Position numbers and translations under genes: made by a program. This document shows, in pieces, positions 34,334-42,810 of a stretch of 64,000 nt of DNA. The notes below the pieces were generated by a model. The model had not been told where the DNA came from. It saw only the letters and a list, made by a program, of their open reading frames with translations, and searched no databases. Positions within the stretch are counted from its first letter, which is position 1. Every line of letters begins with the position of its first letter. This DNA comes from a virus (taxonomy: Duplodnaviria > Heunggongvirae > Uroviricota > Caudoviricetes). The DNA is taken from positions 19,682 to 83,681 of IMG/VR virus record IMGVR_UViG_3300049919_000280, one strand, 5' to 3'.

Positions 34334-34536
34334 TGAAACTATCTAAATTGTTGCAATCAGTCACACAAGTTACAGCAAAAGACCCTACTGATCCAGACGG
34401 CACGCGCTGGTATCCAGTACGGCCACAGACCGCTGAAAACACTTTTTTGAGACACAGAATTAGAGCAGCAATGCGGGTTCTGTTAGGGAAAAGCGATGCT
34501 GTTGAGTGGGATTACCCGATGAAGGAGGGGAAGTGA
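34330..34536 (+). CDS. hypothetical protein (68 aa)
   Basis: ORF. Both this and the previous ORF end MKEGK*. Confidence 0.45.
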   Translation: MMKLSKLLQSVTQVTAKDPTDPDGTRWYPVRPQTAENTFLRHRIRAAMRVLLGKSDAVEWDYPMKEGK

Positions 34537-34537
34537 G

Positions 34538-34792
34538 ATGGAACCAAAGATAGGTTGCGTGCAGCACGACTGCGCTAAGTGCCAGCAAGAGGTAAGCGAA
34601 ATCGCCCGCATCACCAAGCAGCGCGATGAACTGGTTGCTTCTCTTTCGTTGGCTGTACGTCAAAACAGCCACGACATGATGATGACCGGCGACGAGTTAC
34701 GTATCTGCGAAGAGACACTCGCCAAAGTGAAGGAGTCGAAAGGAATCGTTACCTCGCTGATGTTGCAGCCTTCGCACAGCCGTTCATTGTGA
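34538..34792 (+). CDS. hypothetical protein (84 aa)
   Basis: ORF. Confidence 0.5.
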   Translation: MEPKIGCVQHDCAKCQQEVSEIARITKQRDELVASLSLAVRQNSHDMMMTGDELRICEETLAKVKESKGIVTSLMLQPSHSRSL

Positions 34793-34914
34793 TGGCTATA
34801 GGCGGAAAAGATATGACCGTCGTTGGAGCCAACTTGGCTTTCGCTTACGTCGTAGGTGTGTGGCTTGCAGGTATGGCTATATGGCTGTGCGCTATTTTGG
34901 AGCATAACAAATGA
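34792..34914 (+). CDS. small hydrophobic protein (40 aa), holin-like in size
   Basis: One transmembrane helix. TGATG overlap. Confidence 0.35.
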   Translation: MAIGGKDMTVVGANLAFAYVVGVWLAGMAIWLCAILEHNK

Positions 34915-34967
34915 AACAAGAATGGAAAGAACTAAAGCCCCTGCAAGTTTGGAGGGATTTTTCATAA

Positions 34968-35192
34968 ATGCTAGAATACAAACCGATGGACGGAATCTAC
35001 ATAACGCTTCCAGATTCAGCACCGTTTACCCTAGCTGAACCCCCACCACCAAGCGAATGGAAGTGTTATCTTTTTGGTGGGGATCATTACGGAATGGTAT
35101 TCTATCCTAGGAAGGGGAAGCATCCGAACTGGTTCTGGCGGAAGATGCAATTTTTATGCTTTGGTAATAGATGGGTGAGGGAATCGAAATGA
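34968..35192 (+). CDS. hypothetical protein (74 aa)
   Basis: ORF. Confidence 0.45.
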   Translation: MLEYKPMDGIYITLPDSAPFTLAEPPPPSEWKCYLFGGDHYGMVFYPRKGKHPNWFWRKMQFLCFGNRWVRESK

Positions 35193-35380
35193 AAGACCCA
35201 GTATTTTTATGCCCTGAATGTGGCACAGATGACGTAATCGTAAGGGCCGTGACTTCGTATAAGGTTAACGGTGGTTATTTTTACTGCCATAGTGTAAAGA
35301 CACACGACAGCGATGCAGAAGTAATGTGTCTCGACTGCGACTGGGATGGGAAACTTCATGAGTTGAAGGAATCAAAATGA
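35189..35380 (+). CDS. zinc-ribbon protein (63 aa)
   Basis: CPECG ... CLDCDW. Confidence 0.5.
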   Translation: MKDPVFLCPECGTDDVIVRAVTSYKVNGGYFYCHSVKTHDSDAEVMCLDCDWDGKLHELKESK

Positions 35381-35691
35381 GAGAGTTCAATTTCAAAGGT
35401 TCTTACAAAGCAACCATCGAAACAAGCGGGTGTAAGGCTGCTACACTGAAACGGATTCATAAGTTATTGGGCAACAAGCTGATGCTTCGAATCTGCAAAT
35501 TGCTTCCATTCAAACAACAAGAGGATAAAGGTTTAATAATCATGGAATCAATGTACCCAAAGGACAATTGGGCTTTGATGTGGAACAACGGATCGTCATG
35601 GCATATGTTTTGTTGTATCATGGTTACATCAAAGCCACAGAGAGATTTTTTACGCGATGGTTATATTGTATTGGGTGGAGAATTTAAATGA
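35377..35691 (+). CDS. hypothetical protein (104 aa)
   Basis: ORF. Confidence 0.55.
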   Translation: MREFNFKGSYKATIETSGCKAATLKRIHKLLGNKLMLRICKLLPFKQQEDKGLIIMESMYPKDNWALMWNNGSSWHMFCCIMVTSKPQRDFLRDGYIVLGGEFK

Positions 35692-36038
35692 ATAAAGGAA
35701 TGCCATTAAAAGAATTCATCGCCGAGTTGGAGTCAACCACGGAAGGTAAGGAAGCGATGGATAAAGGCAGGGAATGGGTGCAGGAAACATTCTACCCTGA
35801 TCGAGTGGCTAAACATCTGCATTATCCTGAGTGTTGGGATACCGCAGCCTACCCAACACTCAAGGACGCAATCTCTGCAATTGGACACTCCAAATGTACG
35901 AACGACGAGTGTGAGCAAGTTAAGAACGTTATTGAGAGAATCGAACATGCCGTTAGAATTTTGTCTTCGGTGACTACTTTCGAAGGTAGGAAGGCGATGC
36001 GGATACTAGAAAACCTACTTGAAGATATGGAGAAATAA
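35688..36038 (+). CDS. hypothetical protein (116 aa)
   Basis: ORF. Confidence 0.55.
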   Translation: MNKGMPLKEFIAELESTTEGKEAMDKGREWVQETFYPDRVAKHLHYPECWDTAAYPTLKDAISAIGHSKCTNDECEQVKNVIERIEHAVRILSSVTTFEGRKAMRILENLLEDMEK

Positions 36039-36866
36039 ATGTTTGGAATTTACCCACATCGCCGAAAATATTGGGCTTTATCTAAACCTGTACTTTGGAT
36101 AAGATCGAAGTTCGGGCCAAATCTTGAGTACGGAACCGCAGAGGAATGGGATTCCCATTCAGCATATTGGGAGAACGAGCGCCCCATCATCAACTGGCTA
36201 ACAGATAATCTTGTTGATAAGGTTCAGGATTTTGTTTACTTTCCATACGACCTAAAGAAGCACGTCGAGTATAAACTTGGTGCTAGGTTCTTCCACAGAT
36301 ATTATTCGGCATCGAGCGATCTTAATAAATGGGAGTATCATGATATCGATTCTCGCATGCTTCATTGCAATTTCCAGATGCTTGTGGATTTTGTTGAGGT
36401 CGAACGAGCAGGATATAAGAACGAAAAGTGGTACCACAGTGGATTCTCATCTTTCATATTTGGTCTTCTTCGCGATCCAGACGAAGGGATAAAATATCTT
36501 GACTGGGAGGCCACTTTAAAGTATGATGAATCCTTCTTTGGTGGAGACCTCACAGAAGCAGAGGCAAGAGAAAATTTCGGTGATAGTTATGGTAAGCCGA
36601 CTCCACAAGCAGAGAGGGCCATAGAGGCACTTGAACTGTACCATTGGTGGGTTACTAGACCGTTCAGGCCCGATCCTTGGGTTGATAGCGGATATCAGGC
36701 TGCACTGGACACCGAGGGGGACTCTGGAAAAATTCTTTCATTATCACTGAGTCCAGCTAGGAAAGAAGCTCATGTTAAGCTTCGTGAGTTGGAAGAGAAG
36801 TATCAAAAAGAGGATGACGAAATGCTTATTCGATTGATTAAGATTCGTCATGGATTGTGGTCTTGA
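36039..36866 (+). CDS. hypothetical protein (275 aa)
   Basis: ORF. Confidence 0.6.
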   Translation: MFGIYPHRRKYWALSKPVLWIRSKFGPNLEYGTAEEWDSHSAYWENERPIINWLTDNLVDKVQDFVYFPYDLKKHVEYKLGARFFHRYYSASSDLNKWEYHDIDSRMLHCNFQMLVDFVEVERAGYKNEKWYHSGFSSFIFGLLRDPDEGIKYLDWEATLKYDESFFGGDLTEAEARENFGDSYGKPTPQAERAIEALELYHWWVTRPFRPDPWVDSGYQAALDTEGDSGKILSLSLSPARKEAHVKLRELEEKYQKEDDEMLIRLIKIRHGLWS

Positions 36867-36892
36867 ATACTTCAATTAACTAGGAGCATCAC

Positions 36893-37069
36893 ATGCAATA
36901 TGCATTTATAGCAATGATTTCGGTTTTAATTATTTGGGTTGTTCCACTAGCAGCAATTTGGTCCATCAATACTCTGTTCCCTGTTTTGTCGATTGGAACT
37001 GGTCTTGCAGAATGGGCGGCGATGCTAGTTTTTCTCATGATGTTCGTTCCTAAACCTAGTAAAAGATGA
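36893..37069 (+). CDS. small membrane protein (58 aa)
   Basis: RBS taggag. Two hydrophobic helices. Confidence 0.45.
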   Translation: MQYAFIAMISVLIIWVVPLAAIWSINTLFPVLSIGTGLAEWAAMLVFLMMFVPKPSKR

Positions 37070-37080
37070 TGTAAATCAAG

Positions 37081-37119
37081 GAGTTGCACATTTAGTTGCG
37101 CAACTCCTCTTGTTTTGGT
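37081..37119 (+). terminator. terminator ggagttgc-N12-gcaactcc plus TCTTGTTTTGG, followed by an extended -10 TGgTAATAT and the CATCGAAAC leader
   Basis: Third copy of the terminator/promoter fusion. Confidence 0.55.
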
Positions 37120-37156
37120 AATATAGCTACATCGAAACGAGAAACAAGGAACGGAA

Positions 37157-37459
37157 ATGAACATCAAAAACGAAGCAGCCTACGCAGAGTTCATCCTGAA
37201 AAATGCAGGTGGTGATCGTATCATCGCTAATGGTGATATGCTCACTGAGGCGATGGAAGATGGTTACCTCTACGATGAGTTTGTTCTTGATCAATTTGCA
37301 GACCTTGGTTCGCGGTCTTCTTACTGCCTCGCAGGTTCCGAGTATTCTCTCGGGTATAGCCTGCAATCAGATGCAGAGCAACTGTTCATCGATAACCTCG
37401 ATCTTCAACCGAAGATGCGGGAAATTGCAAAAGGTTTCCTCTGGACTCTGAAAGGATAA
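37157..37459 (+). CDS. hypothetical protein (100 aa)
   Basis: Cassette leader. Confidence 0.55.
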   Translation: MNIKNEAAYAEFILKNAGGDRIIANGDMLTEAMEDGYLYDEFVLDQFADLGSRSSYCLAGSEYSLGYSLQSDAEQLFIDNLDLQPKMREIAKGFLWTLKG

Positions 37460-37461
37460 TC

Positions 37462-37638
37462 ATGAATGAACTTTTGAAGGTTTTGATTGAGCGCGATGAA
37501 CTTACCAAAAAGGAAGCGTTGCTCTGGCTTAAGGATTGCGCTGCGATGGTGAATGAAGGTGAAGACGCTGCGGATGTTCTTATGGATGAATTGGGCCTGG
37601 AGCCGGATTATATTTTCGACCTGATCGAATATTGTTAA
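37462..37638 (+). CDS. small protein (58 aa)
   Basis: ORF below the track cutoff. Confidence 0.4.
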   Translation: MNELLKVLIERDELTKKEALLWLKDCAAMVNEGEDAADVLMDELGLEPDYIFDLIEYC

Positions 37639-37649
37639 AAGAGGGAAAT

Positions 37650-37856
37650 ATGGAAATTACGAATAAGGGCGTGGTATTTGAGTCGTATCGATCAGTCAAT
37701 CCGAGTGAAGGGTACTCTTGTTTCACTGATGAAGATGGCGCAAAACTGCTGATCAAAACTACAACCTTGGTTAAAATGTATGAGATTGTCAAGTATGATC
37801 TTGAACGCCGAAATGGATGGGCTGGACTAATGGCTACTCTGGAGGAAGAGCGGTGA
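37650..37856 (+). CDS. hypothetical protein (68 aa)
   Basis: RBS gagggaaatATG. Confidence 0.5.
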   Translation: MEITNKGVVFESYRSVNPSEGYSCFTDEDGAKLLIKTTTLVKMYEIVKYDLERRNGWAGLMATLEEER

Positions 37857-38617
37857 AAATCAGAATCTGGTCAGATTTGCACCAAGATGGTGCAAGATTC
37901 CTATTCGACAAAAACTGCCAAGACGAAGTGCTTGTTCTTGCAGGAGACACGTCGAACAGCCTCGCAGGAACGGTAAACTTTATCAACGGCATCCATGACC
38001 TGTTTAAGGCTGTGATTGTAGTCGCCGGGAATCACGAATATTATAGACACGACCCTTTATCGACCTTCACCGAATTATTCCGAGCGGAATTTGCTGGAAA
38101 GAATGTCCATCTGTTGAATCCAGATTCAGTTAAGATCGATGCCGTGACATTCATTGGTGGCACCCTCTGGTCGGACTTCAACAGAGGCGATCCCCTGTGT
38201 ATGTGGGCCGCGCAGAGAGGCATCAATGATTTCCGACTAATCGAAACCAAGCCGGGAGTTAGAATCACCCCAGAATGGATGATTCGACAGTGTGAATATG
38301 AACTGAACTTCATTCGGGAAGAGTGTAAGCGGGTTGAAGGCAAGAAAGTTATCGTCACGCATTTTCCGATGCTCCGTGACTTCCAACATCCTAAGTGGGG
38401 CTCTTTGTCAGAGAATCCTCTTAACGGATATTTCATGTCTGATTTCAGCCATAAGGTTATGGATTTGGAATTCGATTTGGCGGTGGCTGGCCACACGCAT
38501 TCTTCCGCAGCATTTGAAAAATACGGAAAACGCTGGGTGGCCAATCCTAGGGGATACTGTTATAAGGGTATTGCGGAAAACGAAGAATGGGATGAAAATC
38601 TAGTCATTTCGGTCTAA
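37853..38617 (+). CDS. calcineurin-like metallophosphoesterase (254 aa), GTG start
   Basis: DLHQD ... GNHEYY ... GHTH motifs. Confidence 0.6.
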   Translation: MKIRIWSDLHQDGARFLFDKNCQDEVLVLAGDTSNSLAGTVNFINGIHDLFKAVIVVAGNHEYYRHDPLSTFTELFRAEFAGKNVHLLNPDSVKIDAVTFIGGTLWSDFNRGDPLCMWAAQRGINDFRLIETKPGVRITPEWMIRQCEYELNFIREECKRVEGKKVIVTHFPMLRDFQHPKWGSLSENPLNGYFMSDFSHKVMDLEFDLAVAGHTHSSAAFEKYGKRWVANPRGYCYKGIAENEEWDENLVISV

Positions 38618-39403
38618 CTTCCTTCGTAATCTACTTGCTCTAGACTGTGGATTTGCGTCTCCTTTAACACTAAGTCGCCCTCTACACATATCATGTATTC
38701 TAACATCGTCCAAGAATACATGATATGAGGTAACTCCGTCATTTATCCATATCTTCCCTCCCTTCTGCACGTTTCCATGCAGTCTTCCCTTTATTAGGTT
38801 TAACTTTACTATTTTGGGGTCACTCGGGTATAGTCGATAGTCAAATGTTCCGTCGTTATAACACTTTTTATCTTTATTGTTGTTTCGTATTTCTCCTGTG
38901 GCCCATCTTGGGTCTGACGATTGCACCTTACCCAAAAGGATTCCAGTTGCGGTGCAGTATGCAGTAGAAAGGCCAAGCTGCCTTTCACTATTTCGTCTAT
39001 TTTCCTCAGCCGAATACTTCTTTCCTGCTGCGCCGTTGCCACCATCTTGAACATTTTCCAGTATTCCGGTGCCATCTGTTTTCTTTCCCCACCATCGTAT
39101 CAGGCGGCGCTCTATGGAAAACGCACCAAGTTCGCTTAAGTTTCGCTCCAGGATTACTATCTGTGTATCATCTGGCACCAATAGACGCCCGGTGTGGTAT
39201 CCTTTTGTTTTTCCCCAAGCACGATTTCCCTTACCCTTGCCGATGTAATATGGGGTTCCTGCTTTTGCTGTTTTGGAATCTTTCGCTCTGAGGTAAGCAT
39301 AGACGTAATAAATATACTCGCTGGACATGTTGATCCTTTCAATGTTAGAATGTCTAGAACCACTGGGAATTTGCCGTTCCGCGAGTGGTATTTTATTTGA
39401 CAA
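38600..39403 (-). CDS. GIY-YIG homing endonuclease (Seg-like), the only - strand gene in the early region
   Basis: YIYYVYAYL ... [12 protein letters not shown] matches the GIY-X(10)-YIG-R motif. The likely true start is the internal Met at MSSEY (about 39328). Confidence 0.7.
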   Translation of the reverse strand: MSNKIPLAERQIPSGSRHSNIERINMSSEYIYYVYAYLRAKDSKTAKAGTPYYIGKGKGNRAWGKTKGYHTGRLLVPDDTQIVILERNLSELGAFSIERRLIRWWGKKTDGTGILENVQDGGNGAAGKKYSAEENRRNSERQLGLSTAYCTATGILLGKVQSSDPRWATGEIRNNNKDKKCYNDGTFDYRLYPSDPKIVKLNLIKGRLHGNVQKGGKIWINDGVTSYHVFLDDVRIHDMCRGRLSVKGDANPQSRASRLRRKLDRND

Positions 39404-39467
39404 GAAATGTTTCCTGTGTTAGTATTTATCTTTTATGTGATAGGTCGCTTTATCTAAAGGAACTAAT

Positions 39468-39710
39468 GTGAAAATCAAAGATCAAATTGCAGCGTGTCAA
39501 GGAAACCCAGATCAACTTAGAGCGGTCATGAATTCATTGCACGAGGAGCGAAAGCGAAAGGCGGAGACTGCTGAAATCAAGCGATTGATTAAAGAGATTG
39601 CATTGAGAGAGAAACAAAAACAGGCAGAGATTACTGGTCGAGGTCTTCGAGCAAGAAAAATGAAGATCACCAGACCAAGTGCTGTGATCATCACGAAATT
39701 TGATAAATAG
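39468..39710 (+). CDS. hypothetical basic protein (80 aa), GTG start
   Basis: ORF. Confidence 0.45.
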   Translation: MKIKDQIAACQGNPDQLRAVMNSLHEERKRKAETAEIKRLIKEIALREKQKQAEITGRGLRARKMKITRPSAVIITKFDK

Positions 39711-39739
39711 TAACTTAACTAGCATATTTAGGAAATAAA

Positions 39740-39940
39740 ATGAAACCGAACCTTACGAACAAATACTTCATCAAGAAGATTGTATCTAGTGGCAACCCGT
39801 TTGAGCTTTACAATAACGCCACGGCATATCTGGAATTCATCAAGTTTCGCCGTGATTATGCAAGCTCACTTTATTGCAAATCGATTCGAGAGAACGATAT
39901 CAATGGGGTTATTGATGCCATGACGATTCGCCTACATTGA
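39740..39940 (+). CDS. hypothetical protein (66 aa)
   Basis: ORF. Confidence 0.45.
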   Translation: MKPNLTNKYFIKKIVSSGNPFELYNNATAYLEFIKFRRDYASSLYCKSIRENDINGVIDAMTIRLH

Positions 39941-39981
39941 CATTGGTTGTTTAACCTGCTATAATTGGGTATCGTAATAAC

Positions 39982-40251
39982 ATGGGAAACAACAAAATTA
40001 TGTTCGGACTAGAAGCATCATTAGAGCATGAAGACACATACTTCATGACTCAAACGTCTTTCCAGATGGCAATTGAAAATCTGGTATCAGATGGTAGGAC
40101 GTATCTTGAGGCAATCGTGGAGTACAGCGAGGACAATGACATTGATTTCGATGATGTCGGTAAATTGATGACGACCAATCTTAAAGATAAACTTAAACTT
40201 GTCGCGATGGAAGAAGGATACATTCGACAGGAATCGACCTTACCAATCTAG
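39982..40251 (+). CDS. hypothetical protein (89 aa)
   Basis: ORF. Confidence 0.5.
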   Translation: MGNNKIMFGLEASLEHEDTYFMTQTSFQMAIENLVSDGRTYLEAIVEYSEDNDIDFDDVGKLMTTNLKDKLKLVAMEEGYIRQESTLPI

Positions 40252-40258
40252 GCATACC

Positions 40259-40474
40259 ATGACACCAACGTTCAAATGGTCCGGTAACGAGACCAATAAA
40301 GAAGGCATCGCTGAATTTAAGATCGGAAACATGACTACGACGATCCCACTTAACGATTTCAGCACGGCACTCATGATTTCCAAAATGAATATCAATGCAT
40401 ATGAGGATGGAATTTACGAAGGTATTGAGCGAGTTTCATCCCTAGTTAAAACCGCAATGGCGAATGTTAAATGA
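40259..40474 (+). CDS. hypothetical protein (71 aa)
   Basis: ORF. Confidence 0.45.
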   Translation: MTPTFKWSGNETNKEGIAEFKIGNMTTTIPLNDFSTALMISKMNINAYEDGIYEGIERVSSLVKTAMANVK

Positions 40475-40926
40475 TTAAAATTATTGAAGGTGATTTGTTG
40501 GCAGTCGAACGTGGGTTCATGGTTCAAGGCTGCAATGCTCACGGATATGGCGGTGCCGGTATCATCATGCAATTCCGAAAGCATTATCCAGAATCGTATG
40601 AGGTATATCGAAAATCAAATCTGACTATTGGGCACATTTCAACCTGTCCAGTCAATGTAGATAAAACAAAATGGGTGGTTAACGCCATCACACAGCAATC
40701 AACCGGTATCGGCAAGCAGGTATCATATGATGCAATCGAATCGTGCTTTGAGCGAATCGTAAATTTTCATGCATATGTCGAAGCCGACACTGGAATCAAC
40801 CTACCGATCTGCTTTCCTATGATAGGCGCAGGATTAGGAGGAGGTTCATGGCCCATCATCGAAAAAATAATTGATGAAACGGTGCCAAACTCTATAGAAA
40901 AACATCTTTATATCTTCAAGGGGTAA
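40471..40926 (+). CDS. macro domain protein (ADP-ribose binding/processing), 151 aa
   Basis: GCNAHGYGGAGI and ICFPMIGAGLGGGSWP resemble macro motifs VNAAH..L.GGGGV and IAFPAISTGVYG. Confidence 0.55.
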   Translation: MIKIIEGDLLAVERGFMVQGCNAHGYGGAGIIMQFRKHYPESYEVYRKSNLTIGHISTCPVNVDKTKWVVNAITQQSTGIGKQVSYDAIESCFERIVNFHAYVEADTGINLPICFPMIGAGLGGGSWPIIEKIIDETVPNSIEKHLYIFKG

Positions 40927-40928
40927 TC

Positions 40929-41525
40929 TTGGATGCATTTACTTTTTTCTCCCTCCATCAGGCTTTGAAATTGCACTTCACATCGAATTATGACGTAATA
41001 CGATATTGTGGTAAGGTCACCAACATAAACGAGAATTCTTTTTATGCAAGGACAGATTGCCGCCAATTCGAGTATGTTGCAAAGAAGTGCGACAACAAAA
41101 AGATAGGCGGAGAGCTTTGTTTAGCCAATTTTATGAAACGGGATGATTGGATACATAAAGACGTTGAAACAATATTCTCGACGTATAACGACAGAAAAGA
41201 GAAAAGAAAAGACCTCACAAAAAACATTCAGGACGACATAGCCTTCCTGAATTCCATCGTAGAAGAAAAGAAAGTTAGAGAATTCCATGACCTTTTTCAA
41301 AAGACGAAAACCGGAAACAAACCACCAGCAATGCAGCTTTATTTTGTGGGTAAATTATTACCTGACACAATATTATCCATCGATGATCACAATGCTGGGC
41401 GTATTCTCGAATCGTGGGTAGAGTTTGGTGGATTGGACCCACTAATAAAAAAGAATATGTTCAAGTTAAATAAGTTCAAACCGTTCGCAAAAATAATTAA
41501 ATTGGATATCCCAATTTTCTTTTAA
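40929..41525 (+). CDS. 59: gp59-like helicase loading protein (198 aa)
   Basis: SLHQALKLHFTSNYDVIRY resembles T4 gp59 KLYLMIKQHMNGKYDVIKY. It sits immediately upstream of gene 32, as in T4. Confidence 0.5.
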   Translation: MDAFTFFSLHQALKLHFTSNYDVIRYCGKVTNINENSFYARTDCRQFEYVAKKCDNKKIGGELCLANFMKRDDWIHKDVETIFSTYNDRKEKRKDLTKNIQDDIAFLNSIVEEKKVREFHDLFQKTKTGNKPPAMQLYFVGKLLPDTILSIDDHNAGRILESWVEFGGLDPLIKKNMFKLNKFKPFAKIIKLDIPIFF

Positions 41526-41540
41526 AAGGAGAAGTAAGTC

Positions 41541-41732
41541 GTGGCAAACACAAAGCATCGTCAGTATCAATCAGACCGCAGCAGCCCGTATGACGAAACA
41601 GAGCAGCAAATGATGGTGAGGGATTATCGAAAGCAACGTGCTGAATGCGTTATGGATATTGAGGACGATGAAGATTTGAAAGAATGTGGGCACTACCAAG
41701 ATATCGCATATTTTCTTAGTCGGTATAAATAA
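41541..41732 (+). CDS. hypothetical protein (63 aa), GTG start
   Basis: ORF. Confidence 0.4.
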   Translation: MANTKHRQYQSDRSSPYDETEQQMMVRDYRKQRAECVMDIEDDEDLKECGHYQDIAYFLSRYK

Positions 41733-41751
41733 TCATCTTGACTTATAAATA
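41724..41751 (+). promoter_or_regulatory. two T4-type late promoter motifs TATAAATA (41724-41731 and 41744-41751) upstream of gene 32
   Basis: Exact matches to the T4 gp55-dependent late -10 consensus. Confidence 0.45.
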
Positions 41752-41872
41752 CAAGTCATGTTAAAATTACATATTGAGTAGTACAGTTGTATTGGAGTAG
41801 GCAATTCTGCCACACCATCGAATCTCCGGATGGTATCGCATAAAGCGCAAAAATCGTTTATAAGGATTACAT

Positions 41873-42769
41873 ATGGCAAATAACAAAGCGTATTCAAACC
41901 TCCTATCAGCAGTCACAAAGATGAAGGAGGGCAATGGATTCAAAGACCCAAACGAAGGAAAATTCTGGAAACTTTCTGGAGACAAAGCAGGTAACGCATC
42001 TGCTGTTATTAGATTCCTACCCGGTAAAGATGACGACACCCTACCATTCACTCGGGTTTATGCCCACGGATTCCAGAACGACGCCGGTCGCTGGTTCATC
42101 GAAGAGTGTTTGACCACTCTAGGTAAAGATTGTCCTGTGTGTGCAGCCAACAGTCTTCTGTGGAACACTGGAGCGGAAGTAAATAAGGAGATCGTTCGCA
42201 AGCGCAAGCGCAAGCTGTCATATATTGCTAACGTGCTGGTGGTCGAAGACAAAGCAAACCCAGACAATGAAGGTAAGATTTTTCTTTATAAGTTCGGCCA
42301 AAAAATCTTTTCGAAGATTGAAGATAAGCTGGCACCAGAGTTTGAAGATGAAAAATCCTTCAATGCATTTGACCTAACTTCTGGCGCGGATTTCCGAATC
42401 AAGATGCGTCGGGTTGAGGGCTTTCCTAACTTCGACAAATCCGAGTTTAAGGAACCTGCTGAATGTGATATGAAGGCAAGTACGGTTATCCAAAGTCTTC
42501 ATGATCTATCGCAATTCTCCGACCCAAAAATGTTCAAGTCCTACGAAGAGATCGAATCTAAGTTTAACAAGATTGTTAACGGCCCTTCAACAAACGCTGA
42601 ACGTCAGTCACACAAAGACAAGGTCGAAGATGATACAGATGATGATTTCCTTCGTCAGGCCACAGAGAAGCAGGAAGCCAAGAAGGAAAGAAAGGTCGAG
42701 AAGCCAAGTTTGGATGACGACGATTCTTCCGATCTTGAATATTTCAAGAAGCTTGCAGCTGAAGATTAA
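41873..42769 (+). CDS. 32: gp32 single-stranded DNA-binding protein
   Basis: AVIRFLPGKDDDTLPF ... HGFQNDAGRWFIEEC ... CPVCAANS ... YIANVLVVEDKANPDNEGKIFLYKFGQKIFSKIE aligns with T4 gp32, including the zinc ligands and the acidic C-terminal tail. Confidence 0.85.
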   Translation: MANNKAYSNLLSAVTKMKEGNGFKDPNEGKFWKLSGDKAGNASAVIRFLPGKDDDTLPFTRVYAHGFQNDAGRWFIEECLTTLGKDCPVCAANSLLWNTGAEVNKEIVRKRKRKLSYIANVLVVEDKANPDNEGKIFLYKFGQKIFSKIEDKLAPEFEDEKSFNAFDLTSGADFRIKMRRVEGFPNFDKSEFKEPAECDMKASTVIQSLHDLSQFSDPKMFKSYEEIESKFNKIVNGPSTNAERQSHKDKVEDDTDDDFLRQATEKQEAKKERKVEKPSLDDDDSSDLEYFKKLAAED

Positions 42770-42810
42770 TTAGATGGATGTGGGGATGATATTTGATTAT
42801 CATCCCCCTT

